64,000 nucleotides of DNA from a virus. This document shows positions 1-9,814 of the stretch, in pieces. Below the pieces are notes generated by a model that was given only the letters and a program-made list of their open reading frames with translations, searched no databases and had not been told where the DNA came from. The stretch is from IMG/VR virus record IMGVR_UViG_3300017598_000768, positions 35,833 to 99,832 of that record; one strand, given 5' to 3'. The position numbers and the translations under genes are program-made. Every line of letters begins with the position of its first letter. Positions within the stretch are counted from its first letter, which is position 1.

Positions 1-3000
1 TAGCGTAATCTTCTACCTTCGAATTATCTTTTACCTCGTATACCAGTTCGTCATGGATAAACAAGACGTTTCTGAACTCCTCCGGATTCAAATCCCTCTT
101 GTCAATTTCGTTGTTCGCCATCAATACAACATCTGACGACGGATTCTGGATTGGATGATTCACTGCCATCCTTTCTGCTCTCCTCTTAACGCCATAATTC
201 TTTGCATTAATTTCCGGTAGACGCCTTCTCCTGCCAAAGATGCTTTCTACATACCCCAGAATCTTGCACGACTCGATTATCCTACGGTGGTACTTCGGAA
301 GCCCCGGATACATACCAAAGAACACTTTGATGTACTCCTTCGCCTGCTTCAACGTCAGCTTCACTCCATACTCTCTCCACGAATACTCAACAAAACCGTC
401 TGGAGACATCAAAAACAACAGACCAAAATTCACTGCCTTTGCACTTTGCCTCCCTTTCTCAATTCCTGCCTTGTCAAGCCTATCCCATTTCGGATGCCCA
501 ATTAGCCTCTCCGCTGTCGCAAGGTGAATATCTCGGTGATCAATGAACACCTGTTTCATGTTCTTGTCTCCAGACACCTCAGCAGCCCATCTCAATTCAG
601 AGTTCTTCGACACAAGGCCATTCGCCAATACATACGTATGGACGTTCTCAACCTCAATCTGACAGGTTTCGACCATCCCAACCTCTCGTATTTCAACAAC
701 CTTATGGTTTCGCGGCCTCCTTGGAAAAAACAGATTGCTGCACCTTTTCGAACACGTTGTCTCATGCGCTTTCGACGGCGGCCTGTAAAACGTCGTTCCG
801 CACACAGGGCAGGTTTTCGTCGCCCCGCTCCTTCGACCATACATCGGGTTGTTTCTTCCAGACGCATGTATCGACTTATGCTGCGAAACAGTTAATACTT
901 CAATATTGCTCCGTACCCAGTTCACCTTGTCGAAATCTTCGTGGTGCGTCTCATACCCTTCAGGCACTTCACCTCCGGCTAAGTAGTTCGCCACTACGAT
1001 ATGCTTTCTCACTTGCTGCTTATCTTCGACCCACCATCCTCGGCTTGAAATGCCCCAAGTCGGATAGTCACTACCACTCGACCAGACATGCATTAGCTTA
1101 TCTCCGACGACAATTTGATCTGCAAACTGCCACTCCCCAGACCACATTCTAAATCTGTGATCTACGGAACACTTCGTACTGGAGCCATCTTCCAGCACAA
1201 TCTCGATTACTTTCTTGAGACCTGTACTGCCTCCACTCACAACATTCTGGAACGTCAGCTCTCCGTCGTCGTCAACCGTCAGAACTGGCGTCAGTCTTTC
1301 AATAACCTGAGCCAGTGTCTGCACACCATCTATCGTGATAAGCTCCGTCTCCGGGACTAAACATTGCTCTTGATCTGACGCCATCAACAGATAGCCTGGC
1401 CTTGCAACAATTAAACGCCTTATCTGTTTTGACGCCTCGGACCTTTTGGGATTGTTCATCATGTTCGGGTCGCTGCTTGCAACCCTTCCAGTAACCGCCC
1501 TCGTCAACGTATTCGACGAATGGACTCTCCCGTCATACTTCACATGCTTTCTGAATCCATTCAGATAGCGGCTATCCAACGTGTGATACTCGCTCCACTC
1601 GTCAAAAGCCTTCAAGAATCGTCGCGCCGGTGCTGGAATACGTGAAGCCAGCAATTTCTTCCTGACCTCCTTGTCAACAGACCATGCATCTCCACCCTTC
1701 GTTTTCTTTACAGGCGGAAGTCCAAAACCTCTTTCATTAAACAACACGTCCCTTACCAAATCGTCGCGTGTCAGCTTTAGCCCTTTTTTCTGGTGAAGCT
1801 CCATCTCCTTGACTGCGTCAGGGGCTACATTCATCGCAATGTTAAAATTCTTCTTGATCACCTTCCTCACTGCCTTCTGCACTTCAGGAAGCTCCTCAAG
1901 ATCAATCGCGGCTCCGTTCTCTTCAAGCCAAAACAGCGATCGGTGTAATGTCGGCTGGACAAAACGCGCCGTGTAGCGGAGAAGTCTGAAATTCTCCTTC
2001 TTTCTCAGCTCCTCTCTAATTGCAAGACCAGCCTGCAACGTTATGTCAGCATCAGCACACGCATACGGCGTCCTATCGTGCGTTGGGACCGCAAGCATGT
2101 CTGCTTTGTCGTGCTTCTGCTCGAACACCAGATTGTAGTTCCCTCTTACATCAGTGAACGCTCGCTGAACAGCAACCAGACTTGCCAACTGGAAATTATT
2201 TTCGTCTATGACGTGTGCCGCCGCCTGTACATCCATAGCATAGCCTTGAATCTTCGGCGGCTCAATTTCATTACGTCTGCATAGAGCATGAATCGAATGC
2301 AGATCGTAATTCCCGGCAAACAAATACTTTCTGATCTTCGGGTTTTCAACAAACGATAGCAGATCGAGCACCTTCCGCTCAAAATTATCCGCTCGCTTCA
2401 CGTACACCGTTGTCGGTGCTTTCCGCTTCTTACCTTCCTCCTTTCGAGGCCATGTTATCGTAAAATCGTAATCGTCCTCATCACCTTCTTCATACAATAT
2501 CACATCATACGCCTGCCCCTTCATCAAAGATATTGAATAAGACAACATCAGAAAGTTTTCGTCCATCCAATCTTTGCCTTGGGTTTCTGTATCAATACTT
2601 GCGTCAAATGGCAAGACCATCTCACGCAAAAAATCCAAGGACTGAACTTCCTGATAGTCTGTCTCCCTGTCCTCCTTCAGTGGCTTAAACTTATTCCGTA
2701 TAAACGCAATCAGCGAATCCATGCTCTGCTCAAATATGAGCTTCTTCGACGGATTTCGCAGAATGTATGCTGGGTGAAACATCGGTAATACCCAGCAGTT
2801 AAACTCCTTGTTCCACCTCCAGCCCTCGTCTATCGCCTTCGTGATTCCACTCTTACGTTCAATCTGCCTAAGCGCAATGTCTCCCAAACAAACAACCGCT
2901 TTTGGCTTCATGAAATGCAACAACTTCTCAAGCTTCACTCTGCAACATTTGAGAACCTTTGTAATTTCTTTCGCCGACATTTCATCTTTATTAATCATGC

Positions 3001-3232
3001 AACGTCCCGAGTTTGCCAGCATTGTCTTTGGGATACTCAAACCTTTGCCCTTCGCCGTTTCTCGTAAAAGCACTCCTGCATCACCGATAAAAGGTTTCGG
3101 CGGCCTTGCAAATATCTCACTCTTACCAGGCGATTCTCCGACCCATACTATCTTTGCGTTTGTTGGCCCTGAATACGGAACCTCTGTTTTCTTGCGAAGG
3201 GGACACTCCAGACACAACCCTGTCTTTGCCAT
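1..3232 (-). CDS. polA: Family A DNA polymerase with N-terminal family-4 uracil-DNA-glycosylase-like domain, 3'-5' exonuclease and an intein; 3' end beyond the window
   Basis: Missing from the ORF track because it is open at the edge; translated by hand from ATG 3232 (RBS GAGGAG). UDG motifs: CLECPL, VWVGESPG, PFIGDAG, FHPAYILRNP. Exonuclease: IDTET, NYDL, YACADA. Polymerase: TGRVASSDPNMMN, motif A DQEQ/SELR, motif B RQSAKAVNFG, motif C IHDEL. Confidence 0.95.
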   Translation of the reverse strand, partial: MAKTGLCLECPLRKKTEVPYSGPTNAKIVWVGESPGKSEIFARPPKPFIGDAGVLLRETAKGKGLSIPKTMLANSGRCMINKDEMSAKEITKVLKCCRVKLEKLLHFMKPKAVVCLGDIALRQIERKSGITKAIDEGWRWNKEFNCWVLPMFHPAYILRNPSKKLIFEQSMDSLIAFIRNKFKPLKEDRETDYQEVQSLDFLREMVLPFDASIDTETQGKDWMDENFLMLSYSISLMKGQAYDVILYEEGDEDDYDFTITWPRKEEGKKRKAPTTVYVKRADNFERKVLDLLSFVENPKIRKYLFAGNYDLHSIHALCRRNEIEPPKIQGYAMDVQAAAHVIDENNFQLASLVAVQRAFTDVRGNYNLVFEQKHDKADMLAVPTHDRTPYACADADITLQAGLAIREELRKKENFRLLRYTARFVQPTLHRSLFWLEENGAAIDLEELPEVQKAVRKVIKKNFNIAMNVAPDAVKEMELHQKKGLKLTRDDLVRDVLFNERGFGLPPVKKTKGGDAWSVDKEVRKKLLASRIPAPARRFLKAFDEWSEYHTLDSRYLNGFRKHVKYDGRVHSSNTLTRAVTGRVASSDPNMMNNPKRSEASKQIRRLIVARPGYLLMASDQEQCLVPETELITIDGVQTLAQVIERLTPVLTVDDDGELTFQNVVSGGSTGLKKVIEIVLEDGSSTKCSVDHRFRMWSGEWQFADQIVVGDKLMHVWSSGSDYPTWGISSRGWWVEDKQQVRKHIVVANYLAGGEVPEGYETHHEDFDKVNWVRSNIEVLTVSQHKSIHASGRNNPMYGRRSGATKTCPVCGTTFYRPPSKAHETTCSKRCSNLFFPRRPRNHKVVEIREVGMVETCQIEVENVHTYVLANGLVSKNSELRWAAEVSGDKNMKQVFIDHRDIHLATAERLIGHPKWDRLDKAGIEKGRQSAKAVNFGLLFLMSPDGFVEYSWREYGVKLTLKQAKEYIKVFFGMYPGLPKYHRRIIESCKILGYVESIFGRRRRLPEINAKNYGVKRRAERMAVNHPIQNPSSDVVLMANNEIDKRDLNPEEFRNVLFIHDELVYEVKDNSKVEDYA
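602..1363 (-). mobile_element. Intein (254 aa) with HNH endonuclease-like and CxxC zinc segments, inserted in Pol motif A
   Basis: In-frame insert starting CLVPETELIT, block B KCSVDHRF, HNH-like THHEDFDKVNWVRSNIEVLTVSQHKSIH, ending QIEVENVHTYVLANGLVSKN followed by +1 Ser; removal restores DQEQSELR. Confidence 0.93.
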
Positions 3233-3241
3233 GGACTCCTC

Positions 3242-4006
3242 CTATTTCTTCAACCTTTTGAGTGTCTTTCTCGCAATCTCTTCTTCCGACTTAACTGACA
3301 GCAGCGCCATTACAAAACCCACACAACCGTTCTTCAGACCATGCCCCTTCTTTCTCGATCTAATCTGCACCGGATCTCCAACAGTATTCGCATACCAGTC
3401 GGATCGTGGAAATCGCCCAAACAAGAAATCATAATACTGAGACTGTATCGCAAACAGCCTGTCTCTTTTCTTGTCTTGCATCCATATAAGCTCAAGCTCT
3501 CCCAAATCCTTCAAATACCACAGCACCGGCTCTATTTTTACAAAGTCCTTCGTCTTGCACCAACTAAGCACAACCTGAGTCGCTTTCTTTTTGAGATCGT
3601 CCTCTGCCCTGCCAACAGGCACCATCCCTTTCATCGGCTTCCCGAGATACATGACCTCTTTGTTAGTCGTTATGAGCTTCCCTCCTACTGACAGCTGAAT
3701 CCACGGATGTACTGACACCAACGCCTTGTTCGAATCCCTGCTCTTTCTGGCACCAAACGGAACTCCTTCCTGCAACGGCTTCAACTTCTGCCGCGTCTGT
3801 TTTACCACCTCCTTCCCTTTCTCCGTCACTTGTCCACCAGTTACAATTAATCCTGCTTCAGTCAGTCGTGGCACCGTCTCTGGATCTCTAATCACTTCGC
3901 GATCGTTTACAGCTACTTTCCACTTGCTGTTGTGAGACAGCAACGCCACCAAGTCGGCTTTCTTCAAATTCTTCACATCGCTCCTCCTTCCTCTGAATTT
4001 TAGCAT
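3242..4006 (-). CDS. Hypothetical protein (254 aa)
   Basis: ORF with GAGG RBS, directly upstream of the polymerase gene. Confidence 0.75.
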   Translation of the reverse strand: MLKFRGRRSDVKNLKKADLVALLSHNSKWKVAVNDREVIRDPETVPRLTEAGLIVTGGQVTEKGKEVVKQTRQKLKPLQEGVPFGARKSRDSNKALVSVHPWIQLSVGGKLITTNKEVMYLGKPMKGMVPVGRAEDDLKKKATQVVLSWCKTKDFVKIEPVLWYLKDLGELELIWMQDKKRDRLFAIQSQYYDFLFGRFPRSDWYANTVGDPVQIRSRKKGHGLKNGCVGFVMALLSVKSEEEIARKTLKRLKK

Positions 4007-4021
4007 TACCTCTATTATAAT

Positions 4022-4050
4022 AAGGTACCATTTCGTCCTCTAAATGTCAA
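4022..4050 (-). promoter_or_regulatory. Putative sigma70-type promoter for the polymerase operon
   Basis: TTGACA-17nt-TACCTT with a TG extension, just upstream of ATG 4006. Confidence 0.5.
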
Positions 4051-4354
4051 TAATTTTCCGTTCAAGCCAGAAAAATGCTGACTCGCTCAATCAGGTTTGA
4101 ATATAAGTATAAGGGGTGTCCTGAGATCTTTTGACATGAGGCTTTACATAGCCCTTTTGAAATTCGCGTGGCGGTAGGAATGATAAGGGTTTACAATGAT
4201 TCGCACGCTTTCGGTATCTCACCAAAGCCCTTTCTGGTTCAACTTAACTTCAAAACGCGCGAAACGCTTTATTTGCGCATGGAACGCTATTTTTTTGGCT
4301 CAGCGCATTCCCGCCAAATATTTCCTACGAAGGGACGGTTGCAAGCGATTGCAC

Positions 4355-5272
4355 TTAATGAGGCCAATTCGACAGCCAGTCTTCGATATCCTCCGTCATC
4401 TGACCTCTAATAATTTTTCTGTGATCTTCGCAAGTCGACAGAACACTGTCCAAAATCGAAAACCAAATTCGCCTGCTGCCTCTCCTCTGACTGTCAATAA
4501 ATCGTGTGGCGAGATCTACACCTCCAAATAAATAATTCGCGATCGTTCTATTTCGAACATAATCGTCTTTGTTCCAGCTATACCCTCTCCTGTCTCCATG
4601 GTGATACAACGGCTCGCCCGGCATGATCCACTTCTTTCTGCCAGTAACAGCAAGGGCAAAATTCATAAAATTTTCGCCTCCGCCATAGATCCCAAGCTCG
4701 GCAGGCCAGCCTCCCAATTCATCATACAGTTTTCGGGTCATCATCATTCCGCACGTAGACATGCACGGAACCTCGTATGGAAAATCTGCATCCCAATACC
4801 CTTTAAAGGTATAATGAATATCTCCGACTGAGAGGTCTGACTTCAGCCCATAAATCAGCTTCTTCCTTTCAAGGATTTGATACGTGAGCGGAAGATGCAT
4901 CGTGCCATTCAAAGATTCGTGGTTTTCTCTGTAATACTCGAACATCTTCCAAAGAGCCCCTCTCCCAACCATGCAGTGGGCGTCGCAATGCCACAGGAAC
5001 TTCCCGGACGAATTTTCTATTCCGACTCGCTTTGCATTCCAATGCGACAGCTTATCATTATATTTCACAACCTTCAGCCATGGATGATACTTCCTGATCC
5101 CCCACATGTACGGGGTCCCTCTATCTTCTTTGCCTACTGACGGGTGAAAGTTATCGATCGCAATGATCTCAAAATTCACTCTTCCTCTAAGCTCCTCTAC
5201 AATGCTCCGGATCGTGAAAACCACTTGAGCCCATTCATTCACGAACGGCACGATGCAACTAAGCTCTATCAT
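4355..5272 (-). CDS. GT-A glycosyltransferase resembling the catalytic domain of polypeptide N-acetylgalactosaminyltransferase (GT27-like)
   Basis: SCIVPFVNEW..TIRSI; GKFLWHCDAHC (DxH motif); PCMSTCGMMMTRKLYDELGGW; GIYGGGEN (cf. WGGEN); distal His. Confidence 0.85.
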   Translation of the reverse strand: MIELSCIVPFVNEWAQVVFTIRSIVEELRGRVNFEIIAIDNFHPSVGKEDRGTPYMWGIRKYHPWLKVVKYNDKLSHWNAKRVGIENSSGKFLWHCDAHCMVGRGALWKMFEYYRENHESLNGTMHLPLTYQILERKKLIYGLKSDLSVGDIHYTFKGYWDADFPYEVPCMSTCGMMMTRKLYDELGGWPAELGIYGGGENFMNFALAVTGRKKWIMPGEPLYHHGDRRGYSWNKDDYVRNRTIANYLFGGVDLATRFIDSQRRGSRRIWFSILDSVLSTCEDHRKIIRGQMTEDIEDWLSNWPH

Positions 5273-5673
5273 ATCCTCCCTCCTTGTCTTCTGAAGCCAC
5301 GTGCTTTCAACACTTCTTGCTTGAACTTCGGAAAATCACCTACCAACGCACTTGACAGATCAAGCACATCCTCCACCTTAATCGACGCAAAATGGACAAC
5401 GTGAGCAGAAGCGAGTCTCACCTGCTTCCCCTTCATCTTCTTTATCTTCGCTTTAAAACCTGCCGACTTCTTGATCAGACCATAATAATCTAAAGCGAGA
5501 ACCAAATCTGTACCAACTGTTGTCCCTATTATCTTCCCAAATGACGAAGCCGTCAATCTTCCGTCACGAACGGCTACAAGTTCAAGCTGCCCGAGCACAC
5601 CTTTGCGAACTCCAGACAACATCACCTCTTCTTCAAACCTGCCTAAATACTTTCTGAAGTCTGTTCTTTTCAT
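5269..5673 (-). CDS. Hypothetical protein
   Basis: ORF with ATGA overlaps on both sides within the glycan cluster. Confidence 0.7.
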   Translation of the reverse strand: MKRTDFRKYLGRFEEEVMLSGVRKGVLGQLELVAVRDGRLTASSFGKIIGTTVGTDLVLALDYYGLIKKSAGFKAKIKKMKGKQVRLASAHVVHFASIKVEDVLDLSSALVGDFPKFKQEVLKARGFRRQGGRI

Positions 5674-6173
5674 TTTGGTCTCTTTATCATCCTTGCGGGC
5701 GATCCAACATAAATGGCTCCTGGAACGTCGCAGTTCTTTGTCACGTATGACATTGCCCCGATTTTTACCCTATCAGCAATCTTGATACCGAAGTTTATCA
5801 CAGTCGCCGTACCTATAAAAACATCTTCACCTACTATGATCGGGTTCTGGTGAGGATCTCCTTTGGCATCCATGTAAATCGTCATCACGTTCGGAGAGAT
5901 AAAAACATTCTCACGCACAATCACATTTCGCGCAATCGTAACCCCGTACTTCAGAATCGACCCGTCGCCGACTTCGTTACTTCCAGAGCTTCGCACATAG
6001 CTGTCAAGGATAACTCCGTGTCCGATTTTAGTCCCTGCCTTCAGATGTACGTAGCTTCCAATAACAGCTCCATTCCCAATAACAACTCCGTCTTCTATAA
6101 CGCAGAAATGCCCAATGTTGAAATTGACACCTATATCAACATGCTTTCCTATGACATTACCATTCACCATCAT
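5670..6173 (-). CDS. Hexapeptide-repeat (left-handed beta-helix) acyltransferase
   Basis: [IV]GxxxxIG repeats, VTKN..PGAIYVGSPAR; start moved to ATG 6173 after GGAGG. Confidence 0.85.
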   Translation of the reverse strand: MMVNGNVIGKHVDIGVNFNIGHFCVIEDGVVIGNGAVIGSYVHLKAGTKIGHGVILDSYVRSSGSNEVGDGSILKYGVTIARNVIVRENVFISPNVMTIYMDAKGDPHQNPIIVGEDVFIGTATVINFGIKIADRVKIGAMSYVTKNCDVPGAIYVGSPARMIKRPK

Positions 6174-6918
6174 AACCTCCAATCCTTCTTGCGGGCGATC
6201 CGACATACGTTCCCGGCTTCTCAATATCTTTTGACGCCACAGACCCGATGCCCAAACGCACTCCAGAAGCAATCTTGATGTTATCCCTCACCAACGCACC
6301 CATCCCAAACCAACAGCCTTCCCCTATCTTTGCCGATCCTCCGATATGAACATTCTCCGCCAACATCGTTCCAGCCCCTATTTCGACGTTATGTCCAACA
6401 TTGCAATGGCCTCCAATTTTCACCTCTTCCATAAGAACCGTCGAGTCAATAGTCCCTCTGTTGACTATACTAAGCGGCCCCACTTCAACAGCATCTCTCA
6501 TTACAATATTGCCCATGTGCTTCATACGAACCAGCCCAGACTCTCCACGAACAAATCGCATTCCTTCAGCACCAATCACCGCTGTTGGGTGTATCACAAC
6601 CGATGGAGCAAATTCATTCGCTGCTGGAGTCCTATGCCGGTTTACCTCGTTGTGAAACAACACGAACGTCTTTATCAAACCATCCACAACTATCGGCCTA
6701 ATCTTCTTCTTAACTTCCACAGGCAACTGCTGAGCACGATATGAAAGCTCCTTCGGCACCAACGTGAACAAATCTACACTCATCGCACTTAGAATTGACA
6801 ACCACCGCTCATCCTTCGCAAACGTCACTGAGTTGCGTTTCGGATTCTTTATCGTACATGTCGCACGAAAACCGTGAGTCAGCCTAATCAGCTCATCTAA
6901 CGTTACATGCCCTATCAT
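6157..6918 (-). CDS. LpxD-like hexapeptide acyltransferase
   Basis: [47 protein letters not shown]. Confidence 0.85.
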   Translation of the reverse strand: MIGHVTLDELIRLTHGFRATCTIKNPKRNSVTFAKDERWLSILSAMSVDLFTLVPKELSYRAQQLPVEVKKKIRPIVVDGLIKTFVLFHNEVNRHRTPAANEFAPSVVIHPTAVIGAEGMRFVRGESGLVRMKHMGNIVMRDAVEVGPLSIVNRGTIDSTVLMEEVKIGGHCNVGHNVEIGAGTMLAENVHIGGSAKIGEGCWFGMGALVRDNIKIASGVRLGIGSVASKDIEKPGTYVGSPARRIGGYDGEW

Positions 6919-7628
6919 ATTATCTCCAATGCATTCACTTGATCAATAATCTTCGCCGGAACTCCATAAACAACTGCATACGGTGGGACGTCCTTCGTCA
7001 CGACGGCACCCATCCCAACCATCGAATTAGCTCCAATCTCTACGCCCGGAGCAATCGTGACGGAACAAGCAATCCGAGCAGCTCGTCTGATTATAAAAGG
7101 CTCATCTACATAATTGATAATATGCCTTCGCTGGTGCGCCATGCGCGGATCGTTCGCCCCAGTAAAAAGCATACCTATAAATACCTTGTCTTCTATAACC
7201 ACGCCCCTCGTAATGCTACAGTGCGTATGAATAAGCACATCGTCTCCAATTTGACTTAGTCCCTCGAACACAGTCAAGTGACCTACCCTCGTATTATTTC
7301 CTATCTTTGTTTTCGGTCGTAGTACACATCCATTCCCTATGAACGAGTTCTCCCCTATTTCGCACTCCTCCTCTATCACAACATTGTGGCAGATTCGAGT
7401 TCCTGCGCCTATCTTACAGCCTCCACTAATCACGCAGCCTCTTCCGGTTGAAACGTTCGGACCTATCTGAACTATTCCGCTGCTCTTGCTGAAATCAAAA
7501 ACCAAGTCGCCGCTTATCTCGGTGTCCACTCCATGCCGCACGCTGCCAGCCTGTATCCCTTGATGGATAGAGAAAAACTTTCTAAACTCCGGAGGCGGCA
7601 TTGGCTCAATTTTTAGTCTGTCCTCCAT
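6915..7628 (-). CDS. Hexapeptide-repeat sugar N/O-acyltransferase (WbpD/WxcM-like)
   Basis: Hexapeptide repeats, [36 protein letters not shown]. Confidence 0.88.
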   Translation of the reverse strand: MEDRLKIEPMPPPEFRKFFSIHQGIQAGSVRHGVDTEISGDLVFDFSKSSGIVQIGPNVSTGRGCVISGGCKIGAGTRICHNVVIEEECEIGENSFIGNGCVLRPKTKIGNNTRVGHLTVFEGLSQIGDDVLIHTHCSITRGVVIEDKVFIGMLFTGANDPRMAHQRRHIINYVDEPFIIRRAARIACSVTIAPGVEIGANSMVGMGAVVTKDVPPYAVVYGVPAKIIDQVNALEII

Positions 7629-8559
7629 TACTCCCCCTTTCGCGCTCAAATAGCTTTAGCAACTGCGCTGCCTGAACCTCACAGCTGTACTTCTCTCTGA
7701 CAAATGACTGCCCCTGCTTTGCAATCCGCTCCCGCTCCTCCTCATGCTCCAAGTAATACCTTGCCTTTGCTTCAAAATCCTCCAACCCATTGAACAGCAC
7801 AAGGTGCTCGCCGTCTATCAGCCCAACTTTCTTGAAATCGTTTGGCCTCTCTGTCAGCATGAACGTTCCACTTGCCAGGCATTCAAAATACTTCAACGTC
7901 ATCTCATTCCATTCACCATTCGCACACGCGAAAATCTTTGACTTTACAATCGCGTCTCTGTAACCCTCCGCAGGCAGTCTTTCTTTTCCAACTCCTCCGA
8001 CAAGCGTTGATACTCCGCTCATCTTACTTATGTGCTGCTGCAACGGTCTCCTTCGTGGATAAGCCCAGCTCACAGTGGCAAAAACTGCCATAATGTCTAT
8101 GGACTTCTCTGCTTTCTTCCCATCAAAGAACTTCGTATCTACCGACCAAGGAAACCAATACGCTTTGATGCGGGCAGGCAGTGCTTCATCATTCTGGTGT
8201 TTCTGAAAAAATCTCAACATCTGCTGGCTTCGTAGAATCGCAATATCATATCTGTTTTTTCTGATGTGCTTGTGCATCGCTTTGAAATTGCGCGGTAGAT
8301 AATCACCAAGAAAAATCACCTTCAGCGCGTTCATTGATCCGATCCCTTCAAACTGGTGGTTGTACTTGAAATCTCCAGTGATCACTACATCGAACGGCCC
8401 AAGCTCCTTCTCTACCTGAGGCACGAACAGATTTCCGCTATGCTTCCACCTCCAGCCATACATCAAAGCATTGGACTGATTCTCTACTTCTTCCAGCACT
8501 GACTGGACAGCCCAGCTGTACCTCGCTGTCAGATTCGGATGAATGATCAGAATTCTCAT
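7606..8559 (-). CDS. GT-B glycosyltransferase (CgeB/YkvP-like)
   Basis: [51 protein letters not shown]. Confidence 0.88.
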   Translation of the reverse strand: MRILIIHPNLTARYSWAVQSVLEEVENQSNALMYGWRWKHSGNLFVPQVEKELGPFDVVITGDFKYNHQFEGIGSMNALKVIFLGDYLPRNFKAMHKHIRKNRYDIAILRSQQMLRFFQKHQNDEALPARIKAYWFPWSVDTKFFDGKKAEKSIDIMAVFATVSWAYPRRRPLQQHISKMSGVSTLVGGVGKERLPAEGYRDAIVKSKIFACANGEWNEMTLKYFECLASGTFMLTERPNDFKKVGLIDGEHLVLFNGLEDFEAKARYYLEHEEERERIAKQGQSFVREKYSCEVQAAQLLKLFERERGSNGGQTKN

Positions 8560-9215
8560 ATCGTCACTCTCTTTGGCGGCTTTACTTCATCCTTGTAAAC
8601 AAAGCACATGCTGTCATAGAAATGCATCGACGTTATAAACTGCTCAGTGTACCTGTACGTTTGTGGATTCTTCTCCGCAAACTTCTCTGCGCGTGGGCTT
8701 CTGCGAGCCCATGGGCACAAATCATCTATCAGGTCTCTCAATAAATTGATCGTATTTGCTCCACTCTTGCTCCAGAACTTAGGCCAGTACGATGTATGCA
8801 GATCCTCAAACACATAAATCCCGCCCAGTCGCATCAGAGGGAACAGCACCGCAAAAGACGTGATCTGGTCATCCATAACATGACTGCCATCATCAATGAC
8901 TATGTCGAATCCTCCAGCCTCCTCTGATACCTGTCGAAGAAACTTCGGATCGCCTTGACTTCCTATAGAAGCCCTGATGCGATCCCCTTCATGCCGCTTG
9001 CAGTACTTGTCTACGTCAATCCCAAAAATCTGTGCGTTTGGAAAATACTTCTGCCACATCCACAGCCCACCTCCATTCTGAACTCCTATCTCTAAGAGAT
9101 TCAACTCACGGTGCTTCAACGGCTGGAAATGATGCTGATACGCTTTGAAATAATGCATGTATTTATCAGTCGTCTTGCCAACTTTCTTAGTCCTCGCTGC
9201 ATCCAAAACAGTCAT
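8556..9215 (-). CDS. SAM-dependent sugar O-methyltransferase (MycE-like)
   Basis: TDKYMHYFKAY, LLEIGVQNGG, FGIDVD, FDIVIDDGSH, GGIYVFEDLHTSYW. Confidence 0.9.
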   Translation of the reverse strand: MTVLDAARTKKVGKTTDKYMHYFKAYQHHFQPLKHRELNLLEIGVQNGGGLWMWQKYFPNAQIFGIDVDKYCKRHEGDRIRASIGSQGDPKFLRQVSEEAGGFDIVIDDGSHVMDDQITSFAVLFPLMRLGGIYVFEDLHTSYWPKFWSKSGANTINLLRDLIDDLCPWARRSPRAEKFAEKNPQTYRYTEQFITSMHFYDSMCFVYKDEVKPPKRVTI

Positions 9216-9814
9216 ATCTTACCCCTCCTCCCAAGAAAAAGATCTGGAATAAACACCTGCCTGCGCACCTCCAGCTCCGGATCTATTTTCCTCCACTTCG
9301 CAAAGTCTTTCATTAGTCGGTGCATCGCCGCATTATGATGCATACAGCCTTCAGGCGGCTTCTCAGTCCTATATCCTCCTTGCGCAATGAAGCCCTTGTT
9401 CCCTTTATCATGCCAGAATCCTCCGGAACCTTTAACTACATTCAGGAACTTACTGGAACAAAATACTGCTCTCCCATGGCCTCCGCTGTTGTACGCTGCC
9501 TCTCTTCCATTATTAAAGACGAACGCCTGATCTGCATCGATCGTCGCTATTCGGCTGAACACTCTGGTGTCCTTTACCTCAGTATCGTCATGGATGAACA
9601 GTACTGAAGACTGCCCATCCCACAAGTTCATCAGAAAATAATTGTACGCTCCCCACTCCAATCCTACGTTCTCCTTTAAAACCCATGCCAGATCAAGCGC
9701 ATGCTTTGGAGGCATACGGTGAGCCACAATCGTTACCGTAAATCTATGGCTGACTTGCATCAGCGACGTCAGAAACGATTTTCGGAAATACCAACCACAA
9801 ACGCAAATATTCAT
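9212..9814 (-). CDS. Probable GT-A fold glycosyltransferase
   Basis: ENVGLEWGAY and VLFIHDD motifs; lies within the glycan cluster. Confidence 0.6.
   Translation of the reverse strand: MNICVCGWYFRKSFLTSLMQVSHRFTVTIVAHRMPPKHALDLAWVLKENVGLEWGAYNYFLMNLWDGQSSVLFIHDDTEVKDTRVFSRIATIDADQAFVFNNGREAAYNSGGHGRAVFCSSKFLNVVKGSGGFWHDKGNKGFIAQGGYRTEKPPEGCMHHNAAMHRLMKDFAKWRKIDPELEVRRQVFIPDLFLGRRGKI

Noticed and set aside
240-3434. Short track ORFs over the first 3.2 kb
   Set aside because: They overlap the single minus-strand polymerase frame, which the track missed because its stop lies outside the window.
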